IMG/VR virus record: IMGVR_UViG_3300021142_000004
Direction: 5' to 3' (one strand)
DNA: 64,000 nt
Source: a virus
Shown here: positions 9,539 through 18,447 of the stretch, piece by piece
How positions within the stretch are numbered: position 1 is the first letter of the stretch
Layout: every line of letters starts with the position of its first letter
Position numbers and translations under genes: made by a program
The notes under the pieces: generated by a model
Database searches by the model: none
What the model was told of the DNA's origin: nothing
The model's input: only the letters and a program-made list of their open reading frames with translations

Positions 9539-9774
9539 TCTTTTTTTCTTTTTAATTTAAAAGGTTTTCTTACTTCCTTACCATTAACCAAATTTTTTTC
9601 TTTTCGATAGAACTGTTCTTGTAATAATGTCATATACATACCTCTAAAATATTTTTTTTTCAATAGAAAATTTATAATATTAGACAAATGACTATCTGTA
9701 AGATCTTTAACAAGAATACGTTTACCTTCTTGAGTTGTCCAATAATTAGTTTCCCTTAATTCAGAATGTTTCAT
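9526..9774 (-). CDS. hypothetical phage protein with C-terminal PFKLKRK
   Basis: WTTQEG....KDL..SHL.NII pattern common in phage ORFs. Confidence 0.6.
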   Translation of the reverse strand: MKHSELRETNYWTTQEGKRILVKDLTDSHLSNIINFLLKKKYFRGMYMTLLQEQFYRKEKNLVNGKEVRKPFKLKRKKDLGN

Positions 9775-9776
9775 AA

Positions 9777-10241
9777 TTAGATATTTAAATCCAATAATAA
9801 TGTATCTAATGTATTATACAATGGGATGTTATAAAACCAACAAAATATTTCAACGTTTCCTTTTCTACAATACCCATCAGGACAAACAACATAAATTTTA
9901 CCAGAATCTTTATGTGCACCCAATTCCATCATAGAAATTATTGATTTTGTATTTGGGTCAAAATACATAACAATCATATCTGCTTGTTCTAGGGCATTTA
10001 ACTCCCAAGTTACTTGTTGGAAAAACTGTGGATTACTAAATTTTTGTTCCCACGTTGAATCCCACGTTGAACGTCTAGGATTGAACACATCAAATCCATT
10101 ATCATGAAATGTTTTCTCTAATGGTGTCTGCCAATCTTCACATAAATCACCATTTTCACCCATAATTGAACCCGCTAAAAAAACAGATTTTCTGTTTCTA
10201 TCTCTTAATGCGATATTTTCTGGTGCTCGGTATATTGCCAT
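9777..10241 (-). CDS. nucleoside 2-deoxyribosyltransferase-like protein
   Basis: VFLAGSI, DWQ, FNPRR, QVTWEL..L..AD and ELG motifs. Confidence 0.82.
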   Translation of the reverse strand: MAIYRAPENIALRDRNRKSVFLAGSIMGENGDLCEDWQTPLEKTFHDNGFDVFNPRRSTWDSTWEQKFSNPQFFQQVTWELNALEQADMIVMYFDPNTKSIISMMELGAHKDSGKIYVVCPDGYCRKGNVEIFCWFYNIPLYNTLDTLLLDLNI

Positions 10242-10245
10242 ATTA

Positions 10246-10851
10246 TTAATTTTTTTCTAAACTGTTAGGATAGTACAAAATCGAGGGGTTCTTTTTTTGA
10301 ACATCGACCCCATGATATTGTTTACTAAAATTCAACATATCAAATTTCTTTGTTATTAAATGATAACCATTCTTAGTTGGAACAATATGTTCAACCTTAT
10401 CACCTTCTGGTTTTAATTTACTTAAATCCAATATTAATTTATTAATATATTCATCATCCTTGGTGTCTATATCAACAATCCATCTCTTTTCATGAGTTTT
10501 TAATTGTCCTACAACACTATCAAAAATGTTTTTTTGATTATATGAATTGGATTTAATTCTTTCAACCAATTCACCCATCAGGTTTAATGAAACATCTCTA
10601 TGATTTTGTTTTTGAACATGGATATATGCCCTTGCTTTAAAAACCTCACATAGAAGTTTAATTTCTTCATATCTTTGATCCAAATAATCAATACTTTCGA
10701 TACAATAAGTTTTTATTGTTCGTACTGATTGATGATTACTTCTTTCTTCTTCTGGTTGATCTTTTTTTCTGCGTAAAATGAGTAGATAATAAAAATCTCC
10801 AGGATTTTCAAAATTCAGTAAATTCTTTATTATGTTTATATTGTCTATCAT
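10246..10851 (-). CDS. conserved phage protein, possible AEP/primase-polymerase-like fold
   Basis: RRKKD, WIVDID and PTKNGYHLIT motifs. Confidence 0.5.
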   Translation of the reverse strand: MIDNINIIKNLLNFENPGDFYYLLILRRKKDQPEEERSNHQSVRTIKTYCIESIDYLDQRYEEIKLLCEVFKARAYIHVQKQNHRDVSLNLMGELVERIKSNSYNQKNIFDSVVGQLKTHEKRWIVDIDTKDDEYINKLILDLSKLKPEGDKVEHIVPTKNGYHLITKKFDMLNFSKQYHGVDVQKKNPSILYYPNSLEKN

Positions 10852-10880
10852 ATTGCAAATATAGGTGAATTATATGGAAT

Positions 10881-10903
10881 AAAAAAATCCCCGAAGGGAT
10901 TTC
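10881..10903 (-). terminator. rho-independent terminator
   Basis: ATCCC-TTCG-GGGAT followed by a T-run. Confidence 0.8.
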
Positions 10904-10904
10904 T

Positions 10905-11087
10905 TTATGATTTTTTTTCTACTCTTGAAATTAAACGGAATCTTCGACCTTTATAATTAAAAAAAGTTTGGTCTCCTGCGTTCTCATTGGTACTCCACGT
11001 TTCTATGAAACCTTCTTTTCCTTCTAATGGTTTTGTAACCGCCTTTTTTTCTGTGAATTTAATGTAACCTTTTATCTCTCTTTCCAT
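10905..11087 (-). CDS. hypothetical protein
   Basis: 60 aa ORF with TATATTTG upstream and a terminator downstream. Confidence 0.55.
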   Translation of the reverse strand: MEREIKGYIKFTEKKAVTKPLEGKEGFIETWSTNENAGDQTFFNYKGRRFRLISRVEKKS

Positions 11088-11135
11088 ATAATGAATTTTA
11101 TCAAATATAGTAAAAAGATATTATAAAAAAAAATG

Positions 11136-11606
11136 TTATAGTCCCAATTTTTTTAATTGTTTAATAGTATCTTCTGTTGAGGTATGTAATATTCCAATAC
11201 CACCTGATTCATTCCAATCATTGATATTACTTTCCCTATCATCAATTAATATTGATTCAGGGTTTGCAAATTCTTTTTTTCTACCAGCACTTCTTAATAT
11301 TAAATGGACACCTGGTAGTTCTCTTTGTGCCCATAATTTCTTTCCAACAATTGAACTATGATCTCTTGTTGGTGCTGATAAAAGTTTTGGATTACATTTT
11401 TTAACATAATTCCATAGTTCTTTTCCATCAGGAGTCCATTCAAGATTTTCCCAATATTTTACACCTGCTTTAGTTATCGGTGCAAAGAATTCTGGACTAC
11501 TATAATGATTATCACCAATATCAATACCGGTTAAATCATAATAACCTTTATTGAAGTCAACAAGAACTCCGTCAAGGTCAACAAATAAATTATAATTTTT
11601 TTCCAT
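11136..11606 (-). CDS. HAD-superfamily 5'(3')-deoxyribonucleotidase-like protein
   Basis: DLDGVLVDF, LLSAP and LIDDR motifs. Confidence 0.85.
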   Translation of the reverse strand: MEKNYNLFVDLDGVLVDFNKGYYDLTGIDIGDNHYSSPEFFAPITKAGVKYWENLEWTPDGKELWNYVKKCNPKLLSAPTRDHSSIVGKKLWAQRELPGVHLILRSAGRKKEFANPESILIDDRESNINDWNESGGIGILHTSTEDTIKQLKKLGL

Positions 11607-11640
11607 GATGCAAATATAATGGAAAAAGTTTAATAAAACA

Positions 11641-11668
11641 AAAAACCCACATAAAAATATGTGGGTTT
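11641..11668 (-). terminator. rho-independent terminator
   Basis: AAACCCACATA/TATGTGGGTTT inverted repeat with a T-tract. Confidence 0.75.
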
Positions 11669-11689
11669 ACATTTTGGTTTTTATAGTGA

Positions 11690-11953
11690 TTATTCTGCCG
11701 CTTGTCTTACTTGATTCATTCCGAAATCTTGTTTCGTTTTCTTATCTATCATTTCCAATGAACCATCATCGTTTATTTTACACAAATATAAAATATTTGG
11801 ATCTTCTTTTGATTGGAATACACCTAATTTAATAACATTAGGTTTATCATTCATTTTAACGACTTTACCACCATTAAACTCATCTTGTTGTTCAAGAATA
11901 TTCATGGCAATTTGTGTAACATCTGATTGTTTTAATTTTATAACTTTTTTCAT
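11690..11953 (-). CDS. hypothetical late protein
   Basis: MKKVIKLKQSD start, with TATTTAT upstream at 11967-11973. Confidence 0.6.
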   Translation of the reverse strand: MKKVIKLKQSDVTQIAMNILEQQDEFNGGKVVKMNDKPNVIKLGVFQSKEDPNILYLCKINDDGSLEMIDKKTKQDFGMNQVRQAAE

Positions 11954-12114
11954 TTATTCTTTTTATATAAATATCTTGGATTATGTCTTTTTCTTATGAA
12001 AACCTTTTTTTTGATTCATCTTACGGGTTTTCTTACCTATTTGAATTCTATTCTCTTTTTTTATTTCCCTTTTTGTCATATTATTAAATATTTTAAAAAA
12101 GGGAAAAAGAATTA

Positions 12115-12779
12115 TTATCCAACGACATTTTTCATATCATCACTATGATGGTCAAATAAAAGATCAGATTTTATTTCTCTTTTATCCATTAAGGGAATAA
12201 TTTCTGTTTTTAAATTGTAAGGTCTGAATTCTGGATGACCATCCATACCAACATCCATTTTTTTACCTTTACCAAATTTCAAATGATTTGGTAAATGTAC
12301 ATGTCCATGAAGATGAATATGACCTTTATTTAAACCATCCCATGAACTAATTGGGTAATGCATAACTTTGAAGTTACGACCACAGTATTGAAAAACTTTA
12401 TAATGAGATGTTGAAAGAAATAAATCTCCACAATTTTCCCTATTATTTTCAATATGATGGTCATGATTACCATAAATCAAATGAATATTTTTACAATTTA
12501 ATCTCCTATGAAATTCAAAGATTTGTTCAATCCCACCAAATGACCAGTCTCCCAAACAGATTAAAATATCATCCTGACCTGCAACATTATTAATATTATT
12601 AACAATCGCATTATTCATTTCATCGAGATTTTGAAAATCCCTTGTTTGTTCTATTGGTATTTTTCCATCTTCAGTTCTCCAATTGGTTACACCACGACAT
12701 ATATTTTTATGTGAAAAGTGTGTTAAGTGTCCGAGGTAATCCAAACATTGGAATCCTCGGACAAAATAATTTTATTCAT
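12115..12779 (-). CDS. calcineurin-like metallophosphoesterase, interrupted by a 5-nt insertion inside the SDTH motif
   Basis: 12779-12723 encodes MNKIILSEDSNVWITSDT*. The other frame resumes HFSHKNI...LGDW...GNHD...HYP...HGHVH...DVGMD. Confidence 0.85.
12728..12763 (-). promoter_or_regulatory. GC-rich mRNA hairpin abutting a premature stop (candidate recoding signal)
   Basis: TGTCCGAGG...CCTCGGACA perfect 9-bp stem plus an inner TCCAA/TTGGA stem. Confidence 0.65.
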
Positions 12780-12817
12780 TAATTTAATTTTATTTATACA
12801 AATATAAGTTATTATTT

Positions 12818-13070
12818 TTAATTTTCAAAATAATTTTTTATATAATTTTTTTTGTCATACCTTTCACCATTTTGATATGAAATGATTAAACAAAGACATT
12901 TTTCTTGTTCATAATAATCAATATCCCATTTTTTTATTCTTTCAAATAAATCATTTAATATAATTATACTATCATTATTTTTTCTACTTTTTTTAATATT
13001 TTCACTATGAGTTATTAATTGACAATTAGTAGGGTGTCTTACAATTTCCGGAAACACTTTTTCTGAAAAT
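12818..13070 (-). pseudogene. N-terminally truncated HNH-like endonuclease remnant
   Basis: GFSEKVFPEIVRHPTNCQLITHSENIKK is the second half of an HNH-type motif. There is no ATG start. Confidence 0.6.
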
Positions 13071-13071
13071 C

Positions 13072-13743
13072 CTATTTTGTGTTATATAATTGTTCTTTTG
13101 GTTTCTTCACTTCCTCAATGATTTTACCCATTACATCGAAAGGTATTGGTAACAACATTGGTGAAGTTTCCTCATCATCAGCCAACCAAGCTTGGATATT
13201 TTTTGGATCATTAAATTCTCTAGACACAGCGAATTTATCATTTGTTTTCTTACTTAAAATGAAGAAAATTCTATGACTATCTTGATAACGTTTGTAATGT
13301 GATTCTTGTGTTACACACCATTTGGTATTTGCACCATATGATTTAGATGCTTCATAACTCAATGGTGTTAAAACTAACCAATCCTCAGTTTCATAAAGTT
13401 TTGCAACTTCTTTCTCAAGACGCTTCAATTTAACTGCTTCGTCAGCTTTCTTAACTGCGATATCCAAATCCTCAAAAGACTTGTATTGAGTGATATCAAG
13501 TTTTTCCAAACGTTTTGCTTTGGAATGTTCTTCAAACAAACTAAGACATTCGGATTCTTTTTTTGTTAAGAAGTGAGAAGCTAACTCTCTTTTAACTTCA
13601 TCAATATTGACTTCTTTTTTAATTGACTTAATAATGAAGTCGGTGTACTTGTAAGTACTTGTTGGGTCTAAACTGACAATGATGTCTAAAAAAGAGACAT
13701 TTAAATCTGGATGTTGTTTACGAAGTTCATCAATACGTGCCAT
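13072..13743 (-). CDS. conserved huge-phage hypothetical protein (YG..TKWC motif)
   Basis: PLSYEASKSYGANTKWCVT, with a TTTG...TATATTTG promoter upstream. Confidence 0.65.
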   Translation of the reverse strand: MARIDELRKQHPDLNVSFLDIIVSLDPTSTYKYTDFIIKSIKKEVNIDEVKRELASHFLTKKESECLSLFEEHSKAKRLEKLDITQYKSFEDLDIAVKKADEAVKLKRLEKEVAKLYETEDWLVLTPLSYEASKSYGANTKWCVTQESHYKRYQDSHRIFFILSKKTNDKFAVSREFNDPKNIQAWLADDEETSPMLLPIPFDVMGKIIEEVKKPKEQLYNTK

Positions 13744-13800
13744 AATTAATATTTTTTTTCTTACGAGAGCAAATATAGGAGGAAATATTTAAATGGCAAA

Positions 13801-13824
13801 AAAAAATCCTGATTTCTCAGGATT
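13801..13824 (-). terminator. rho-independent terminator
   Basis: AATCCTGA-GAAA-TCAGGATT followed by a T-run. Confidence 0.75.
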
Positions 13825-13831
13825 AATTTTT

Positions 13832-15415
13832 TTATTTGTACATTATTTCTTTTATGACATTTTTAATTATTTGATTTATCTGATGTTCATAAAGTTCATT
13901 TCCACCTTCAATTGGTACACTAACTTTCATTAACATGTCACTAAGATCAATTGATTTAATATCATTTGAAAGATCCTCTAACATCGCAATTAATGCGAAT
14001 CTAACTTCTGGTACTTCTGTTATTAATCTTGGTCTTTCTATTATATCATTTTCACGTCTAAACTTACCGATTGCAAAAGTATCTTTATTTAATGGTACTT
14101 TTTCAGTTCTATTAAATGATTTATCATTTAAATATTGACCAATACGAGGGTCTTCTTTTAGTTTTTGACCATATTTAACAATAAACTCAGATCTTAATTC
14201 AAGATAATAATCATTAGAACCATTTTCTAAATCAGTATAAACTTTTACAATTTCTTCTTTTATTTGATCTTCACTTTTTTGAACATTATTTAAATTAATA
14301 TCACTATTAGTTCCATAACATAAATCACCAGTATTATTATTTTTAATTCTCCCAACAATTGTTAATCTATCAAAAATACTCATAGTAACATTATCGGGAA
14401 CTCTACCTAAATAATTTAATCCATAATATGGTGTGAAACCTTTTTGAGTTTTTTCATTAAATTTACGTCTAATATTTTCCATACTAGTTTGGTCAATACC
14501 CCAATTGTTATAAATTTTGTTATGTTGTCTCGCAGTGTGTATTGTTTTTAAATTTTCAACATCAATACCTGACATTTTTTTAACCAATGTATCTAAATAT
14601 TGTGAAACACCCTCTGGTATATTTTGAACATCAGGATCAAGTGGTATCATATTACCATCGGCATCCATATCTTCTGTTGGTGTACCAAACACTAAATAAC
14701 CATGAGACTGTAAATGGAGATTAAAATTAGTCATTTTACCTTCATGTCTATTTAAAAACTCCCTTTTTACATTAATTTCAGGTAACATTAAATCTTTATA
14801 TACTTTTACCATAGGTGATCTTTCTGCAATTGCATCTCTCACGATTGAATAAAGATTCAATTTGTTCATTTTTGACTCAGATGCGGGTGTTTCAAATTTT
14901 GTTTCGGTATTGATAACCGCACCTTTACCCCCATGAAATATAGGATTTAAAACAATTGCCTTTTTTCTAGGATGGAACTTCGGTAAAGATCCTGATGTCC
15001 AAGTTAAATCCATACCATATTTTTCTTTAAGTTCCTCAAACACTTCTGGGTATTTATTAATCCATTCATCGACAGTAGGTCCATCAGCAGGATCAACATA
15101 AATTACCGGTACTTCTCTTTCTTCTACTCGGTCATATATTGTACGACCAACATATGTCCCACCTTTATAAATTGGAGTATTTGTTTCTATTTTTCTACCT
15201 GTTACATTAACTCTTTTTTTTAAATCATTACCGGAGTCTGCCTTTGTTATTTCATCACTATCTTTCCAATTTGTAGCTGGTGCATTTCTTGTTGGTTTAT
15301 AAGATGAAAGTCTAGGATCATTAACTTCTGAATCATCATAAAAGTCATCATTTTCATCATTTTCATCTTCTTCATTTATTATCCTTAATAAATCTTTTTT
15401 AAGTATTTCTTTCAT
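13832..15415 (-). CDS. hypothetical late (possibly virion) protein
   Basis: 527 aa ORF with TATTTAT at 15431-15437 and terminal amphipathic IxE motifs. Confidence 0.6.
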   Translation of the reverse strand: MKEILKKDLLRIINEEDENDENDDFYDDSEVNDPRLSSYKPTRNAPATNWKDSDEITKADSGNDLKKRVNVTGRKIETNTPIYKGGTYVGRTIYDRVEEREVPVIYVDPADGPTVDEWINKYPEVFEELKEKYGMDLTWTSGSLPKFHPRKKAIVLNPIFHGGKGAVINTETKFETPASESKMNKLNLYSIVRDAIAERSPMVKVYKDLMLPEINVKREFLNRHEGKMTNFNLHLQSHGYLVFGTPTEDMDADGNMIPLDPDVQNIPEGVSQYLDTLVKKMSGIDVENLKTIHTARQHNKIYNNWGIDQTSMENIRRKFNEKTQKGFTPYYGLNYLGRVPDNVTMSIFDRLTIVGRIKNNNTGDLCYGTNSDINLNNVQKSEDQIKEEIVKVYTDLENGSNDYYLELRSEFIVKYGQKLKEDPRIGQYLNDKSFNRTEKVPLNKDTFAIGKFRRENDIIERPRLITEVPEVRFALIAMLEDLSNDIKSIDLSDMLMKVSVPIEGGNELYEHQINQIIKNVIKEIMYK

Positions 15416-15445
15416 TTTTTTTATTTATATATAAATAGTTTATTT

Positions 15446-16897
15446 TTAAACGTTTGTTTTATTCTGATTAATAATTTGTTTAGATATATTATTCACCCTA
15501 CTTGCAACTTTACTAATTTCAGTTTCATAATTAGTTTCAGCAGCATATCTTTGATTATCTTTATTAACGAAATTCTTAAATAAATCACTCGCAGTTTTAC
15601 CCTTTCCAATGTAATTTTTTGCAATTAATAAATAATATTCATTTATTGCTTGTTGAATAGATGCAAATTCTTTAGTTCCTGTTTCCGTATTACCAACATC
15701 AAAAGGATTCTTTGTTCTAATTGGTTTTGCATTAGGATCTTTACTTAAACCACCTTCAACAGTTAATTGTGATAATGCCAATTCAGGTGGAACATATTTG
15801 TGATATTCATAGTATGCTTGTTTTGCACCATATGCCAACATATCACCACTAATTCCAGCGTTTGGATTAACTGAATTAAGATATGTCTGACAAATTTGAG
15901 AATATTGGTCATATCCTTCTTTTGTTGTCAAATCCAAATCGGTTAAATTATCTCCACCTCCAGTTTTAACCACATCAATATACTTACTTAATTCATCAGG
16001 TGTAACACCCTTTTCTCTTAATTTTTCAATTAAAACCTTTACCATTGCTGGTGTGATGACAGATTTTGTTATATTAATCATGGAATCTAATTTGAAACCA
16101 CTTTTATCAATATAATCCAATGGATCAACTAATTGACCATCTTTCTTTAATTCAAAATGTAAATGTGCACTGGTTGAATTACCAGCACCTTTATCTCCTT
16201 TATTACCACCACTTATACCAATAAGATCACCTTGTGATACAGTTTGTCCTGGTGTAACATTAATTTCTTTTAAATGACAATATCTACTTTGGAAATGGTC
16301 ATCATGTTTTATTGTTACAGTACCACCACATGCAGTATTTGAAAATTCAGCATTTATGACAGTACCATTTGCTGGTGATTGTACTTTTGTTCCTGACATT
16401 GCTCTCAAATCAACACCAGGATGACTTGATTCATGGTTATTTGATACACCAAATGGTTGTGTAACCATTGTTGTTGGTAAAGGGGAATCTAATGTACTTT
16501 CACTTAAAGTATCAGAAATATTATTGTCTTTCTTAAATTTATTAACAGCAGTTGCGGTTTCGGGTCCAAATAAACCATCAACACCATATTGTGGTAGAGG
16601 ATAACCAAGAAGTATTAGTGCTATTTGTATTGTTTCAACTTCTTTCTGATACTCCATTGTACCTAATTTCTGTTGGTAAATATTGGAATCAATACTTTCT
16701 AAAGTATTATAAAAATCACCAACATCATTGGAAACATAATCCGCTTTCTTCGGATCGTCAAATTTTCTTGTTTGGTCACTTACATAATCCCCAAAATGTA
16801 AAATCTTATCCAAGAAACCATTTTCAGATAAGATTTTCTCACCATAGGTTAAGGTATGAATTCTCTCCAATTCCTCTTTTAAAGTCATTTTCCTCAT
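15446..16897 (-). CDS. multidomain peptidoglycan hydrolase (PG-binding + M23 peptidase + glucosaminidase-like domain)
   Basis: VDGLFGPET, HPGVD, YCHL and HLHFE motifs, then ELALSQ..E, KNPF.VG and RYA. Confidence 0.85.
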   Translation of the reverse strand: MRKMTLKEELERIHTLTYGEKILSENGFLDKILHFGDYVSDQTRKFDDPKKADYVSNDVGDFYNTLESIDSNIYQQKLGTMEYQKEVETIQIALILLGYPLPQYGVDGLFGPETATAVNKFKKDNNISDTLSESTLDSPLPTTMVTQPFGVSNNHESSHPGVDLRAMSGTKVQSPANGTVINAEFSNTACGGTVTIKHDDHFQSRYCHLKEINVTPGQTVSQGDLIGISGGNKGDKGAGNSTSAHLHFELKKDGQLVDPLDYIDKSGFKLDSMINITKSVITPAMVKVLIEKLREKGVTPDELSKYIDVVKTGGGDNLTDLDLTTKEGYDQYSQICQTYLNSVNPNAGISGDMLAYGAKQAYYEYHKYVPPELALSQLTVEGGLSKDPNAKPIRTKNPFDVGNTETGTKEFASIQQAINEYYLLIAKNYIGKGKTASDLFKNFVNKDNQRYAAETNYETEISKVASRVNNISKQIINQNKTNV

Positions 16898-16924
16898 AAT
16901 ATATAAATATAAGGAAATCCTAGT

Positions 16925-17425
16925 TTATTTTATAGTTTTATTTATTAAATTAAGGATTTTATTCTTATGATTGGTTTGTTTTAATCCTTCTGTATCTTTG
17001 CAGATAATAAAATTACCATTTTTTAAATATACTGATAATGGTAAATCATCCAGTATTACATAATCAGTAATATTATGTTCTTTTATGTATAAATCAATTT
17101 CGTTAGCACGATCTTTTTCCAAATCTCCAAAAGAGATTGGATGGTTACCAGTAACATCTACTGGTGATTGAATAACCTTGTTCCACTTAAATATTTTATC
17201 CAATTCTTCTAAAGTCCAATGATGTCTCCAATCTGAAGATAACACAATCTGACATTCAGTTTCTTGAAGTATTTCATTTAATATTTTAACACACTTCTTA
17301 TTAAAATGATAAGGTATCCTCATTTCTTTTGCATCAGGATTCTTTAACCAAAATTTTCTTTGGCTTTGCATCATTTCATAATGAGTTGTTATAACTCCGT
17401 CAATATCAAGAAATATTGTTGTCAT
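16925..17425 (-). CDS. HAD-domain protein (Swiss-army-knife RNA-repair type)
   Basis: IFLDIDGV, IVLSSDWR, R..EI and YVILDD motifs. Confidence 0.8.
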   Translation of the reverse strand: MTTIFLDIDGVITTHYEMMQSQRKFWLKNPDAKEMRIPYHFNKKCVKILNEILQETECQIVLSSDWRHHWTLEELDKIFKWNKVIQSPVDVTGNHPISFGDLEKDRANEIDLYIKEHNITDYVILDDLPLSVYLKNGNFIICKDTEGLKQTNHKNKILNLINKTIK

Positions 17426-17747
17426 TATTCATTTTTTTCTTTAACGCTTCAATAAGTTTACTTGAGGCATATTCTTTACCATACCTAACTTGTCCTATTT
17501 TTTTCCACTTTTCCAATTCTTCCGGTGTCATATCATGACTTATTTTATATACCTTACCATCAGAACCATCCAATGATAAATGGAAATTTTTCATTGTTGA
17601 TATATAAGGAATATTATAATGTATTCCCAATTCACCATCAACTATTTCTTGATAACCAAACCATTTAACTTCACCAAAATTTATACTACCATACTTCGTA
17701 AAATGTACATATTTTGAACCGGGTGTAAATCCTAAATCATTATTCAT
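17406..17747 (-). CDS. hypothetical protein
   Basis: 113 aa ORF in an operon. Confidence 0.55.
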   Translation of the reverse strand: MNNDLGFTPGSKYVHFTKYGSINFGEVKWFGYQEIVDGELGIHYNIPYISTMKNFHLSLDGSDGKVYKISHDMTPEELEKWKKIGQVRYGKEYASSKLIEALKKKMNNDNNIS

Positions 17748-17845
17748 TTTTTTTTAATTTATTTAATCTTTTTGTTTCTAACATTTTTTTTATTGACTCT
17801 TCCGATGGTTTTATACCTAAATGTGATTCTCTAAGTTTTTTTTTA
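17740..17845 (-). pseudogene. NUMOD3-like homing endonuclease remnant
   Basis: Start-less frame KKLRESHLGIKPSEESIKKMLETKR...*. Confidence 0.6.
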
Positions 17846-17971
17846 ATTTAAAAAATCCTCACCATTATAATCAGGATGATTTTCTTTCATGTGATCAATT
17901 CCTTTACCCCAAAAATATCCAATTAAACCAGCAATTGTACATGAAATTATAATACTAATTATTATTGTCAT
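17843..17971 (-). CDS. small membrane protein (42 aa)
   Basis: Manual translation: MTIIISIIISCTIAGLIGYFWGKGIDHMKENHPDYNGEDFLN. Confidence 0.6.
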   Translation of the reverse strand: MTIIISIIISCTIAGLIGYFWGKGIDHMKENHPDYNGEDFLN

Positions 17972-18109
17972 ACTTTTTCTTTTTAAAAAGGTCTTTTAAT
18001 TTTTTTTCTTTTACTATAACATTTCCACTTTCATCTAATAATGGTGCTTCCCATAAAAAATATAGAAGAAGAATCATCATTATAATGTAAAATAAAAATA
18101 AATAATCTA

Positions 18110-18409
18110 TCATTGTATAAAATATTTTGACTTCCAAAACTGGAACCATTTTCTTTTTATTACTGGTTTACATTGAGAAAATGGGTTTTCTCCGAAAGAT
18201 ACTTTATTTAAATACTTTGAGGTTAATACATTTAAGAATACTTCATGATATTCTTTTGGAATATCACAAAAATCACCTGTTATCTCTATTTTAAGGTCAA
18301 TAGGACCACTTTCAGTATATACTGTAAATACTTCATGTAATTTAACCACAGTACTTGTTTTTAAATTAACATAGTGATTACCTAAATTGTACGATGTTTT
18401 ATTTTCCAT
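18110..18409 (-). CDS. hypothetical protein
   Basis: 99 aa ORF ending in a KRKWFQFWK motif. Confidence 0.55.
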   Translation of the reverse strand: MENKTSYNLGNHYVNLKTSTVVKLHEVFTVYTESGPIDLKIEITGDFCDIPKEYHEVFLNVLTSKYLNKVSFGENPFSQCKPVIKRKWFQFWKSKYFIQ

Positions 18410-18447
18410 TATGCAAATATAATGTAATGAGTTTGATTAAAAAAATA

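Noticed and set aside
12721-12744. TTG start at 12744 or a simple -1 frameshift for the phosphoesterase
   Set aside because: The TTG start loses the metal-binding Asp of DxH. A -1 shift would insert extra residues between D and H, and there is no slippery heptamer.
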